This document shows positions 10,007-22,545 of a stretch of DNA of 37,017 nt, piece after piece. The DNA is from Basidiobolus ranarum (lineage: Eukaryota), in assembly GCA_040143965.1 (NCBI GenBank), contig JASJQH010000055.1, positions 1-37,017 of the forward strand, read 5' to 3'. The notes under the pieces are model-generated. The model had not been told where the DNA came from. It saw nothing but the letters and a program-made list of their open reading frames with translations, and ran no database searches. The translations under genes and the position numbers were made by a program. The first letter of the stretch is position 1, and each line of letters opens with the position of its first letter.

Positions 10007-12919
10007 TTATAAAGCGTCAAAGTTGATGATGTGAAGATCCTTCCTTCTCTCCAATTCGTCTTCTTTCTATTATTGGGAGAGATATACAATTAATGACTAA
10101 TCAATGGTGATTAGAATAAGGGGATTCATTACCTTTTCCATTCTATTCAAGATATATATGATTATTGTAAGAATAACCATGGTAACTACCAAAACTAAGA
10201 GAACCCATTTGGCATATCCACTAGGGCTGATGTAGAGCTCGAGAGACCAACTGTTGTTGTGGACTGATTAAGTGCATGTCGAATATTCGTATAACATGGT
10301 AAACTTTACCTGGAGGGTGTGGTGGTATCTTGGGGCTGATAAGGAATAATGATGAGCTGGGAATTTGGGATAACTCCTTGCCACGAATTGAAATGTTGGC
10401 TCTGTGTAAAGGAGATGTAAGTATAGGTTCCAATGTGGCTAAATATCATGAACGGTACCTGATTCCTGGTTGTTCCAACAAAGAGATTTTCAATGTAATT
10501 GTTGGTGCGTCCAAGGCCAAATAGGTTATATGGGGTTTGTAGAGAACAATACCCCGATTGAAACAGTTGACTCACTAATTCCATGATTTTAATGGCTATT
10601 CAATGGGATAGCTTACATAAACACTACAAACCTTGGGTGGCGCGCTTATTACCATTGGTATCAATAACGGTATACTTGAATGTTGCACCAGGATAGCTCA
10701 CACCATATGGCTAAATATAACATCAGATAGCGGAAGGTAAGAAAGCGGAGGGTGTGGGGAACTACGGAAAATATATTGTTACCTTAGTGTTTGGATGGCT
10801 TTCTTCAAGCCCGCACCAACTTGGGCATACTCCATTCAGTACTAAATCCAATGAAATTAGTGGCTATTCATTCTCACTAACCTAAAAAGTGACTTACCCA
10901 ACGTTTTCATAAAAAAAGCATCGTTGAAGAAATTGTTGTATAGGAAGCTAGCGCTGCGAGAGGCTAAATGGTTGTCGCTATTTGACGATGAGAGAACTAG
11001 GAAATCAAGAGTTCCCTATTCCATCGCAATGTTAAGTTTGGCATAAATAAACAGGATTGGCACGTGGAACACTTACATCTTCATCTATATCAAAAAATGC
11101 GCCTGCTTTGGGGTTGGTGATTTTATTTAAATCGTCGAGTCCACTCGATACAGCGATCAAAGTGCGTCTATTAGCGTTGATTGCTGCTTGTGGGCAATGC
11201 TTCGAGTTACAAGGTTCATTCTGTAGCAAATGTAACTGACTTGCCCCTTTACCCTGACTGGTAACCAGCAAAATGTCTGGATGACCGTCAAGGTTGTAAT
11301 CGCCTAGCAGGTAAAATCGTTCCTTTTAGTATAGATTAGCAATGAGAAGTTCATGACGAAGCAAACCTATGCGTAAAGGTACTGGCAGAATTCCGTTAAA
11401 ATCTCCGTCACGTGTCATTATAGGGTCAGTAATCCCAATGTCTTTGACAGCTACAACAACATGACCCTATAGAGGCATTAGTAATATATTTGAAAGAGAT
11501 ACATCTTATGCTTGATTACTGACCGAATTGTTGTCAGAAGTATCGAGATCAAACTTGAAGTTTGCGTCCGATTGGCACAGCTCACCAACCTTTCGACAAT
11601 TGCTTTGATTGGACTTGTTACAAAGGGGCTTCTGTTGGTTGTACACTATGTGTATTGTACAATCAGCTCCATTTGGGCAAACTGGGAAAATCATGTCCAT
11701 GGTTCCATCACCATCTACTCCAAGGTTTTAGTAGTCATTTCACACGAAAATAAATACTGAATGCATTACCCATATCAGCAAAGGAAACTGGACCAGCGCC
11801 ATCAGGTAGGGTACCTTGTTGGCCTAATTTGAATTGCCCGTTTTTGTTGTTGGTCCATACTTGAAAGAGAGTTGGACCAGAATCGGTATCTTTACATGTA
11901 ACAAATAGATCTATCAACGCAGTGGTAAGTATAATTTACTCATGAGAAGAATAGCCGCCTCTTTAAATATTACCAGCCAGACAATCGCCATCCAGGTCAA
12001 TAAAAGCATTTGAGTGAGGGTTCGAGATTTTACATACTTGACCACCGGCTGGTGTAAAGGGAATTCTAGATGTGATTAAGATGTGTTAGATGGTGATAAG
12101 GTGGTCGACCGGCGAATGTTTAGTACATACACTTCGAATAACTTAGCAGGGTCGTTGGTTACTGTGTTTTTCCATATACTAAGTTGGGTAGGTTTGTCGG
12201 AAGGATAGCCTATCAAATCAGTACGCATGTTTCCATCATAGTCCAAGGCAATAGGTTGGGCCAAAGTTGCGGAGGGAAGTGTGGTGTAACTTTGTGCTAG
12301 GAATATCAAAAGATGTAAGTGAACTGAAATATCAGACAATCTAAAACCAAACTAACAAAATTCGTTTTCTCCATTTCCTAGGTAAAGTCTCATAAGCAAG
12401 TCTTCATCTTTAGCGGGGTTTTTTTGTCCCATCAGCAACACATCTAACTTTCCATCATAATTGAAATCACCAGTGACAGCATTGGTTATAATAAAGCCGT
12501 CGGCAGCGGCCTGATCTATCTTAATTTCTAACGAAGAGCTCTGAATGAATTTATATGTTTCTATTGAAAGTTATACTTAGTTATACTGGATATACGAAGG
12601 AGTTGAATCAAGCCAAAGTTACCGTGGTGCCAAAGATAAACAGTCACAGAGGATTGATCTCCACTTAGTACTACCACATCAGTACTAAAAATAGAACAAT
12701 GAGAGAATGTCGCTAGCTTTAAGTCTATAGTATAATAGTTTACAATTTATCTTCATTAAAGTCTCCAAATGCCACAATAGTTCCACCAATTGCATTCAAA
12801 CCAACATCAATAAGGCCTAAGCCATTCGTCGAAAATTTTGGACGTGCCCAAGTGTCGGACGGAAATAAGGCGCTGACTAAGATGAGCAATACCTGAGGAT
12901 TCCAGGAAACAAATCGCAT
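10007..12919 (-). CDS. ITFG1: ITFG1/LINKIN/TIP-like FG-GAP repeat type I membrane protein (~15 introns)
   Basis: Signal peptide (MRFVSWNPQVLLILVSALF) and repeated FG-GAP-like motifs (AFGDFNEDK, GDFNYDGKLD, DYDGNMRTDL, IDLDGDCLAD, ADMDGDGTMD, GDYNLDGHPD). Also contains LQTPYNLFGLGRTNNYIE and IPNSQLIIIP, a TM helix, and the C-terminus KEDELERRKDLHIINFDAL*, resembling the LINKIN FDAM tail. Confidence 0.88.
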
Positions 12920-13248
12920 TCGAATGATGGTTCCCAAGAGGGCTTTACGAGTTTTTAAAAACTAAACAGTGAGAAATGATAATAAAAGAATGGGATCAAT
13001 TCTATTATATTCATTATAAAAAGATTAGAATCTCGAACATCCAAGAAACTAGGTATCGATACTGGAGAGCTCTAACCACCATATTAATTATTATCAAAGA
13101 TTTCAAAATGGTCAGTTTTTAATGGAGGAAATCGCTGGAATTTGTGGCATCTTTTTTTCTTGACATTTAATTCTTTCGCGTATCTTAAACTCTCAAATAT
13201 TACGTTAAACTAGCTCTCTTTTCTTGTTATACCACTTTTCAAGCAACA

Positions 13249-14046
13249 ATGGGTACTGAGGAGGAGTTTTACGTTCGTTACTAGTGAGTTTTCTGTTTCC
13301 CTATAGACTCAATTATTTATTCATACTAAAGTATAATTGAACTTCTCATGATGTTTGTTAATCTAGTACGGGACACATGGGCAAACATGGTCACGAGTTT
13401 TTGGAATTTGAGTTTCGCGGTGATGGTAAAATTCGCTACGCTAATAACTCCAATTATCGTAACGACAGTCTTATCAGAAAAGAAAGTACGAGCCTCTATA
13501 TACACCTGATAATATGTCTGATCACAACTCGAAGAACAAATGTCTAACCAATATTCAATATAGTGGACGTTAGTAAGACAATGTTAAAAGAACTCAAGAG
13601 AATTGTATCTGAAAGTGGAGTTATGGAGTATGTGGTTTAATCATGCAACTTTTATCAAAGTTTCGATGTTTATATATATATATTTAGGGAAGACGATAAA
13701 CTCTGGCCTAAACGTAACGTAGTTGGTCGTCAAGAATTGGAAATTCGTTTGGGCAACGAGCACATATCTTTTGAGGTATATATTCTTTGAAGATCTCCTC
13801 TGTGAATATTGGTTTTTAAATTTTCCATACATTTCTAGACTGCCAAGATTGGTTCTTTGGTAGATGTTCAGGAAAGTCAAGACCCCGAGGGTTTACGCAT
13901 TTTCTACTACTTGGTACAGGATTTGAAGTGTCTTGTATTTTCATTGATTTCTCTTCATTTCAAGGTACGATGCGTATTCACATATATTGTAGTTGTATAG
14001 TCAATCTCTTAACAGTCCAATTCTTCTTTAGATCAAGCCTATTTAG
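13249..14046 (+). CDS. MAGOH: Mago nashi (exon junction complex core), 6 exons
   Basis: Spliced: [51 protein letters not shown]...[63 protein letters not shown]. Not in the ORF track. Confidence 0.97.
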
Positions 14047-14405
14047 GTGGAATTTGTCAGTGTATGCACACACCTGGAAAGTTTATAGAAATAAATCATG
14101 TTAAAGACTCGCTTCCTTGCCACTTCTAATTTTCTAAATAAAGTGAAATTTCCAAAGATTGTTTACTGTGTGTGTATGTGTATCTATTTGATTGACTTTA
14201 ATCGAGAAGTTAGTTGATTTCATGAATCAAATTGATAAAATTATTTGCCTAAATCAGCCATGTCTCAGGGAAAGAAAATCGATTACGCAACACTCAATAG
14301 GTCTACGTGAACAAGCTCTTGGTCTAAACAGTGAAGGTTATTTGAAGTGTATTCTCAACTCATTCATTCACCTCTAGAGCTTCTTCAAACAGTAAAACTT
14401 TCAAC

Positions 14406-15305
14406 ATGGTAAGTACAAAAAGCCCATAGTTTTCGTCAATATACCTAGAAATATACTGTTATTCATCTGTTCGTCAATGGTTTAGTCAATTATGGAATAT
14501 AACGGAGGTGGTGTTGTCGCCATGGTGGGCAAAGATTGCGTTGCCATCGCTGCTGATAAACGTCTCGGAGTTCAAGCTATGACAGTTTCCACTGAGTTCC
14601 AAAAAATCTTCCCAGTAACCCCAAAAACATACATCGGTCTACCTGGTCTTGCCACTGATGTTCTTACTTTGTATGTGCAATTGTTTTATTGGTATACTTT
14701 GAACTATTTGGCTTATTCCAATTTTTTCTACCATTTATAGGCAAGAGAGATTTCGTTTTAAGGTAAACATGTATAAACTCCACGAAGAGAGAGAGATCCA
14801 GCCAAAGACCTTTGCTCATATGGTGTCTTCTACTTTATATGAAAGAAGGTATCTCATCTAAATCTTTCTAAAAATCGAACTGAGAACCAGTGAATACTCA
14901 ACTCGAGTTAAACCTTTCTAGATTCGGACCTTACTTTGTTGAACCAGTGGTTGCTGGTTTGGATAAAGATAATAAGCCATTCATTTGCTCCATGGATTTA
15001 ATTGGTTGTATCAACTTTGCCAAGGACTTTGTTGTAAGTGGTGTACCTTCCGCTAACCTATACGGTATGTGCGAATCTCTCTGGGAGCCTGACATGGGTC
15101 CAGAAGAGTTATTCGAGGCTTGTTCTCAAGCTCTCTTGAACGCCGTTGACCGTGATGCCCTTTCTGGTTGGGGAGCTGTCGTCCACATAATGTAAGTATA
15201 TGGAGTATTTCTTGACATAGCTTATAGCTCATTATTAACATTCTTACGACGTTTAGTACTCCTGAGAAGGTTGTCACTCGTACATTGAAAACTCGTATGG
15301 ATTAA
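14406..15305 (+). CDS. PUP3: 20S proteasome subunit beta-3, 5 exons
   Basis: ATG|gtaagt, then [28 protein letters not shown]...GLPGLATDV...[12 protein letters not shown]...[33 protein letters not shown]. Confidence 0.96.
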
Positions 15306-15513
15306 GTATTCTCAATCAATACTTGGATTTTTTGTGTACATTCAAACCCTCTCAAGCACCTACGATATTATGTTTCATAATAAACCTTCTTAATATGAGG
15401 GATGTTATTTCCAAGATTTCCACGAAAGGATGACCACTTAATAGTTGTTAGGGACTTTATCATTTCTTTATTTAAAGATATCTCATAAAAAAAATAAACC
15501 AAGCTCCATAAGA

Positions 15514-16246
15514 TTAAGCCTTGTAAGAATCTCTGAATTGCTGAATGATCTTTTCAACATCTTCTGAACTGGTGTATTGTTCTTGAAGATAATTACGTAG
15601 GGAATTCCAAAACTTCTCACTTTTGATGAGTTCATCCCCCTCTGGAGTAAGTCCAGTGCTGGTTTCTACGGGGGTTGGGGTCGCTGTTGCTGTCGAGGAG
15701 GTGGGAGGTAGTGTGGCTTTTTGGAGAAGATGAATGACTGTATTGCTAGTAATATTAACCTCGAGAAGTGACTTGGAGTCTGTTAGTGCTTTTCCCTTGA
15801 GAATCAAACGTTGGGCAGCTACTGGTTGTGAAGATACGGTTTGAAGCTTCTCTTTCAATTTTAATACGGTGTCCCCTGGTTTCATCTTGATGAGGTATTC
15901 CTTTCCACCTTTGAGAGCTTTTACCTTCACCAATATATCTTCACCTTAACAAGAAGCCAGTTAGAAAGATGGGTAAGATCAAGGAGAATCTCAAACTTAC
16001 TATTATCTGAACCATTTCCACTGGTAGTGTCTGTGAATGAAGTATACTCAGGGAGAGGCTAGGAACGAATAAATCTTCGTTAAAAACCTGTCAACAAGAA
16101 AAACCAGGTATCTCAAAAAGTACCTTCAAGATGTTTCTAGGATAGTTCAGTTGAACATGAGTGGGTGCAGTATAGTTCTCAGAGTAACGAACGGGCTTTC
16201 CACTCAACTTTCCGAGGATTTGTTTGGCAAATGCGAGTTCGGACAT
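15514..16246 (-). CDS. GET5: Get5/Mdy2/UBL4A-like ubiquitin-like protein (GET pathway), 3 exons
   Basis: N-terminus MSELAFAKQILGKLSGKPVRYSENY resembles the Get4-binding segment of fungal Get5. Central UBL (QRLILKGKALTDSKSL) and a C-terminal dimerisation-like motif FWNSLRNYLQEQY. Confidence 0.8.
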
Positions 16247-16706
16247 ATTATAGGATAAAGAAGTTCAAGTATACAAGAAAATCTCTTTAAAAACTCAATT
16301 CGACTGGTTTAGAAAGGTATAGAAACTTAGGCCAAAATTAAGAGAGAGTAAATAAATCACCAAGTGACGTAGATTTTGGTCTAAATTTATCCTGATTGCA
16401 AGAGAATATATAGCTATGGTGGTTTAGCCTAGTTTATGTTTCCTGTTTCCTGTTAGATGGCTCTTTGTAAACAGGTAAAAAATCAATTTTGAGCTTGCAG
16501 TTACGATCTCGAATGATCAAGAAATTTACTCACCAATTCCTTCCTTTACAAAGTACTATTGCACATCACGTGAATTCGTATCTAACTGAAGGTAAGCCAT
16601 TTTGTGACGTTTGTTGTTACAAAGGCTATACTAAGCCAAAAGAGACCCAGCTGAATAGAAGTGTCAAGTTACTACCACTTTAACGTATTACTCAACAGTA
16701 TTCTAC

Positions 16707-19700
16707 ATGTCATTCAATTTTAACATTAGTAACCGACTTCATGACTTGGATTCGTCGGTTACTAACCATCTCAAAATTGAGACGTTTCAAGTAACTTTCT
16801 TTCGTTTATTGAAAAAACTCGAGAATATTTCTTTAAAGAAACCAATAAATTTTAGGGAAAATTCGTACCGAAAGATTTCGTTGAAAACATCTCGGTTAAT
16901 CTGGTAGCGATGGCTCGAAATCATCCACAAGGCAGGTCAATTTATTTTATTCACCAAGTTTACCAACATTCTTGACCAAATTTTAACAACTATCCAATAT
17001 TTTCCTTATCTGTATACAGACTTCGATCCCAAACCTTTCATTCGTACTTTTGAATTTGCTGTTGATGAACTGGTGCGATTAAAAGCTAGAGTAGAAAATG
17101 CTGTCGATGGTCTAGAAAGAAGTACTGAAGATGCTCAAAAAGTATATAAAAGACAAATAGTTAATCTATCCGAGGTATCGAAGGTAAGTAAAGTGGTCAA
17201 TGTTGGAACAATTATAAAATACACTTCTTTATTGTTCGTTCATATTGCAGGATATTCAACACTCCTTCACAAACCTAGAGTCTAGAGTCAGTGAAGTAGG
17301 GAATATTGCTATACGAATTGGTATTGATTCATTCTGTTATGTGTTATTTGTGTTTGTTCTTAATTTATTGTATAATAGGGGAGCGTCTTGAAAGCATTGA
17401 CAACCAACGAGTTCATGCCTCCGAAGTGAGAGAATTAGCAGAGTTGTTTATGCAATTCAATAAAGGCCCACCTAGGTATCTAGAGGATTTGAGAATTAAC
17501 AGTGGACCAGATGGTCAATTTAAAGTGAGTCACCCAATTCTATAGCATACTTGTGCTTTTCTAACCTTGTGTTCAGGCCGCTACCATTGCCAGGAGACTT
17601 AACGGTATAGCCAAAGAGGTAGATTATCCAGGAACAGAGATGGTATGTTATAGCATGCATCATTTTGATATCACGGCAATTAGATTGTTTTGATTAACTT
17701 GGCTTACCCCTCCAAGGCTGTATCTAATATCGAAAAATACTGCGAAACCTTGGAGACAAATCTGTTGGAAACGTTCGATAGAGGCTACAAGAAAGGAGAT
17801 ACCCGAACCATGGGGGTAAGCGAGATGAGTAGTATAACCGCAGTTATTGGACTGGTTTAACGAGTTTCCTTTAGTATTGTGCCAAGACCCTCTGCGAATT
17901 TAACGGTGGTCAATCATGTGTTCAGACATACATCAATCAGCATGAGTTTTTCATTTCTCAAATGAAACTCATGGAGCCGGAGAACGCATTAGAAAACGGA
18001 TATTCTAGAAGGTGGGTGATCTGATGAGAAAACATTCCATATTATCATTATATTTAACTGGTGTTTCATCGAACACCGTTACTAGCTCGAAGAACCTGAA
18101 CGATATTAACCTTGGCCCACTTCCAGTTGACCCTTGGCTTGATCATTTGTACCAGGAGATCAGACAAGTAATTAGAGAGGAGTGGGAGGTGATATCCATT
18201 GTGTTTCCTAACGCACTCTCAGTAATACAAGTGTTTATTCAGCGTATTTTCGCACAATCGGTAAATGATTCCTAGTCAACAATGAGCTTGCATATGCACA
18301 AGTAGTAACTTGATATCCTAAGATTCAAGGATACCTCGAAGGTCTGCTTCAACGCGCCGAGTCACAATCCAAAGTAGCTTATCTTCGAATTCTTTCGTCA
18401 TCTCATGCGGCTACGGTGGAGCTTGTAGAGGATTTAAAGAAGTTCGACGAGTTTGTAATCCAACCCAAAGTGCACAAAACTAGTCAAAAGCTCGGTACTG
18501 TCAGCTCTTTATCTGTAACGTTGGATCGATGCATAGATGATCTGTTCATTCCTTACACCGAAAATGAAGCATACATTGTCATCGAGAAGAAAACCATCGC
18601 TGATATCTTCAAAGATATTCTTAGCCAATTCACCACTTATCACGTATTTGATGGGATTCCTTGCATTTACAACTGAGCGTTTCCTAACCCTTTTCAAACC
18701 ATCTAGATTCAACGACCAGCATTCTCGAAGAGTCGCTCAGTGTTTGGTAGGAGTGGCAGTCGTCGCTCTATATCCAGTGGAACTGCCCGTCTCCTAGCTA
18801 AAGCTGCCACTTCAGTGGGAAACAGCGTTCAAATCCCGCCTGAAGAGCACGGAATTTTATCAGTGGACTCTGCTCTGGAGCTTTTAAGTATCCATACGGA
18901 GGCTATTGAGAGGTGTATTGAACTCAGTAGCTCGGAGGATTTGTAAGTGGGATAGTGTTATGACTAAAATCTTGAATTAGCCACTGACATTGATGCTCTT
19001 GACAGACCGAAGAATGTGACAGAACTATTCTCAATTCTAGTGGAGAGTTTGGGTAGAAGTTATATTGAAGTTGCCTTGGACGCGTAAGTATTTTCGTGAG
19101 GAGAACAGAGCGACCAATCTTACCCAATGACTATTTACACTTTAGCACACTCGACGATCTTCAATACGTGGATCCTAAAAGCGAGTCAGAGCTTAAATGG
19201 CTCGAGACATTACAGCTAGCTAGCAGTTTGATCCATTTGATTCAAAATCATTTCCAAACAATAGTGGTAAGAGGAAAACTAAGCAATCTCTCCAGGCGAG
19301 TTACTAACTCAACTCCTTTAGATGCCCTTGCTTACCTCTTCTGCATCAATATACCGGGATGCTATCACCTATAAGAATGCTTTCATGACGTCGTTGGAAA
19401 GTAAATTGAACTCCACCATTCAGAAGACAATCGACGTCATCGCATCCTGGTTGAGTACACTCTTATCGCGTCAGAAGAAGAACGACTTTCGTTTGCGTGA
19501 TGATGATATCGAGATCATTGGAATGGCAACACAGCCATGCACTCAGTGTGTGGAGTTTTTAAAGCGCATATGCGTTGTAGCTAATCGTACTCTTGACGGT
19601 CATAACTTGGAGATGTTCCTTGTAGAGGTTGGAGTCAACTTCTACGGCCTGTTGCTGACGCATTTCAAGAAATTCACCGTCAACGCTTTGGGTGGATTGG

Positions 19701-20014
19701 TAGTATCCAAGGACATATCCAAGTACCAAGAAGCCATCTCTATGTTTAGGCAGAAAGAGTTGAACGATCTCTTTGAGATGTTACATCATTTGGGTAACTT
19801 GTTCTTGGTGAGAAGTGAGATATTGAAAAGTTTGTTGGAAGAGGATTCTTTCCTTCAAGATATTCCATTGCAAGATTTAGTGCCTTACATACAAATGCGA
19901 GAGGATTATCGTTCTTCTCAAATCCCTAAGCTTCTTGGCATCTCTACCCTACAAGCAACAACCGGATGGAGCACTTTAGATAAAGACATTAGAGCCATGG
20001 CAATCAATGGATAA
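16707..20014 (+). CDS. SEC10: Exocyst component Sec10 (EXOC5), ~14 exons
   Basis: Spliced segments FDPKPFIRTFEFAVDEL, IEKYCETLETNLLETFD, CAKTLCEFNGGQSCVQTYINQHEFF, VFPNALSVIQVFIQRIFAQS, LLSRQKKNDFR and HFKKFTVNALGGLVVSKDISKY match Sec10 family motifs. Confidence 0.93.
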
Positions 20015-20081
20015 CTACACTCTTAACTATTTTAATGCCCTCTCTTGATGATCAAGTAGCTATTTCCTTCGTAATGCTTAC

Positions 20082-20099
20082 ATATATATATATATATAT
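20082..20099. repeat. (AT)n microsatellite in the SEC10 3' region
   Basis: Run of about 9 AT units. Confidence 0.8.
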
Positions 20100-20264
20100 G
20101 CATATACACCATTCCATTATGTTGAATTTGCATTGTAGGACAGAACATATGAAGTCACCTCATTAATACAATCATTTCGACCAATTTATGCTCTATTTAT
20201 TGCTCTGAATAAACTTATGAAATACTAGCTTCGTTTATCAATAGATGAATCAATTTTAATCGGA

Positions 20265-20349
20265 TTTTTCGATCACTTAGTTGCATTCCTCTCTCTTCAA
20301 AATCCAAGTTTTTCGGTCACTTAGCTGCACGACTCTCTCTCTTCAAAAT
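20265..20349 (+). repeat. Imperfect ~40-bp direct repeat immediately upstream of FOL3
   Basis: tttttcgatcacttagttgcattcctctctcttcaaaat (20265-20303) and tttttcggtcacttagctgcacgactctctctcttcaaaat (20309-20349). Confidence 0.85.
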
Positions 20350-20379
20350 TTACTCTGCTGATATTCAAACACATATCCT

Positions 20380-21651
20380 ATGGAGTTGGGTTTAGAACGT
20401 ATAGAAGCTTTATTAAAGCACTTAGATTCACCTCACGCTTCTCTTGAAGTCATTCATGTGGCTGGTACTAACGGAAAGGGCTCAGTCACGGCATATTTGG
20501 AAAGTGTATTATTACAGTCAGGCTATACCACTGGAAGGTTTAACTCACCCCACCTACTTGAACCACGAGACTCTATACGAGTGAATGGTAAACCGATTTC
20601 TACTGAAGAGTATGAAAATACTCTTAACTTGATAAAAACTTTAGAGAAGCAAGTGAAATTGGGAGTTACTCAGTTTGAAATGTTAACCGCCGCTATGTTT
20701 TATTTATTTAACAAGTATTCAGTGAATTTCGTTATTCTTGAAGTAGGTTGTGGTGGATTATTAGACGCTACTAACGTCCTTCAGAAGCCTAAGGTTGCAA
20801 TCATAACCCAAATAGGTTTAGACCATATAGGAATATTAGGGAATACTGTGGAAGAGATTGCCTTTCACAAAGCTGGTATCTTGAAGTTGAACTGTCCTGC
20901 GGTTGTCTGTGAGCAAAGAGAATCGACTGTAATGGAGGTGATACAAAAACGCGCAAACGAGTTGGGGAATAGAGTAATTCTTGCCAGACCAGCTAAAAGG
21001 GTTAACCCGAATTTCGGAGAAATCGAATACTTCACTACAGAAGGGGAGAGAAGATCCATTCAATATCCGATACCTCTCTTAGGAGATATTCAATTGGAGA
21101 ATTCTTCAGTGGCAGTTCATACTTTGCTATGTTTGAGAGGACTTGGAGTTCATATAACCGATGAGAATATCTTCTCTGGAATGAAGAATACTAAATGGTC
21201 AGCTAGATTGGATTGGATTGAAACTAAAACTAAAGCTGGAAGGATTCTATTGGATGGTGCACATAATCCACCCGCTGCAATAGCACTTCGTGAATATGTT
21301 CAGAGTTATCTCACGACCACCAACTCACCACAGAACACTCCTATTCAGTGGATATTTGGTGCCACGAGAGGCAAAAACTTGACCGATATCTTTTCTCATT
21401 TGCTAAGACCAGGGGATTCGGTGTTTTGTGTGCCCTTCTCTCAGCCAGAGAATATGCCCTGGATAAACTGTATTCCTCCGAAAGAAATCGAAGAAGCTTT
21501 AACTGATGCTTCTGTTACTACTCGTACATTCGACGATGTTATAGCAGCCTTGGACAGTGTTGATACTCAGAAGTTCAGACTGGTGGTCATGTGCGGCTCA
21601 TTGTATTTAGCAGCAGATTTTTTCCGAGCCGCCAAGATTGATATTTATTAA
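20380..21651 (+). CDS. FOL3: Dihydrofolate synthase / FolC family, intronless
   Basis: MELGLERI, HVAGTNGKGS, FNSPHL, EVGCGGLLDATN, GLDHIGILG, DGAHNP and CGSLYL. The N-terminus resembles the Fol3 (DHFS) type more than Met7 (FPGS). Confidence 0.88.
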   Translation: MELGLERIEALLKHLDSPHASLEVIHVAGTNGKGSVTAYLESVLLQSGYTTGRFNSPHLLEPRDSIRVNGKPISTEEYENTLNLIKTLEKQVKLGVTQFEMLTAAMFYLFNKYSVNFVILEVGCGGLLDATNVLQKPKVAIITQIGLDHIGILGNTVEEIAFHKAGILKLNCPAVVCEQRESTVMEVIQKRANELGNRVILARPAKRVNPNFGEIEYFTTEGERRSIQYPIPLLGDIQLENSSVAVHTLLCLRGLGVHITDENIFSGMKNTKWSARLDWIETKTKAGRILLDGAHNPPAAIALREYVQSYLTTTNSPQNTPIQWIFGATRGKNLTDIFSHLLRPGDSVFCVPFSQPENMPWINCIPPKEIEEALTDASVTTRTFDDVIAALDSVDTQKFRLVVMCGSLYLAADFFRAAKIDIY

Positions 21652-22032
21652 ATGACTAGTAAATGTGCCATCTAACATATCGGCTCTCTTGAAGATATGG
21701 TTGTGATAGGCTTTGTTGAATGTATGCTTGTATTGGTTGTTTGACGATGTAGATAAATGTTGAATAATTCCTTTGTTATATGTCGTCCCAAACAGGGGGG
21801 ATTTCTTTCTACACATATTGTGACCAACTACTTAGCAGATCTGCCTACAAAATGATGGCGATTGAAGGAGATATGTATCGAAAGTACCATGCACATGATT
21901 TTACAGTTAGCTTGTGGCTTAGGGTGAATCTGTAGAATATATAAATCCAATTCAGGAGTCATTTACTTCAACGTCGCAAGTCTTTAATTTATTCCTTCAA
22001 GTAAATCCCTCTGGATCACACACTGTAGAGAA

Positions 22033-22545
22033 ATGTAAAGATGAATCATCAGCCCAAGGCTTTTTCAATTGGCTTTTTCAATTCCTATTAACGTGTATAT
22101 CTTCATATGTCAGGTCCCAGCCAAACTCACAAAACAATAAGACTGATCAGATCAAAAGCCAAGTCGATGAAGTGGTGGGTATCATGCAAGATAACATCGA
22201 GAGAGTTATGGACAGAGGAGAGAAACTAGACATCTTGAACAACAAAGCAGGTATGACTTTTTACTAGCTATGCTTCATCTTTTCATCCCACTAAGACATT
22301 CTCAGTGGATCTTGAACAAGGTGCACGCCAGTTTAAGAAGGGAGCAACTAAGATGAAGAAGCGTATGTGGTGGAAGGATATGAAGTTGCGCCTGATCATT
22401 CTGGCTATAGTAATCATTCTATTGGTTGCCATTATAGGTACGAGCTATCCATAAGGTGCATCATCTACTTTATGCTCTATACATGCTAATCTTACTATTT
22501 CTTTGCTCAGTTCCCGTCGTAATCAAGACACAGACTCAGATATAA
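22033..22545 (+). CDS. Synaptobrevin/VAMP R-SNARE (Snc1/2-like), 4 exons
   Basis: Spliced: MSQPNSQNNKTDQIKSQVDEVVGIMQDNIERVMDRGEKLDILNNKAVDLEQGARQFKKGATKMKKRMWWKDMKLRLIILAIVIILLVAIIVPVVIKTQTQI*. Contains the R-SNARE motif, the WWK motif and a TM helix. The start codon appears split as AT|G. Not in the ORF track. Confidence 0.93.

Noticed and set aside
16088..16123. Apparent 36-nt ultra-short intron in GET5
   Set aside because: That acceptor puts the downstream exons out of frame. The acceptor near 16060 (ttcctag) keeps the frame and gives a normal ~64-nt intron.
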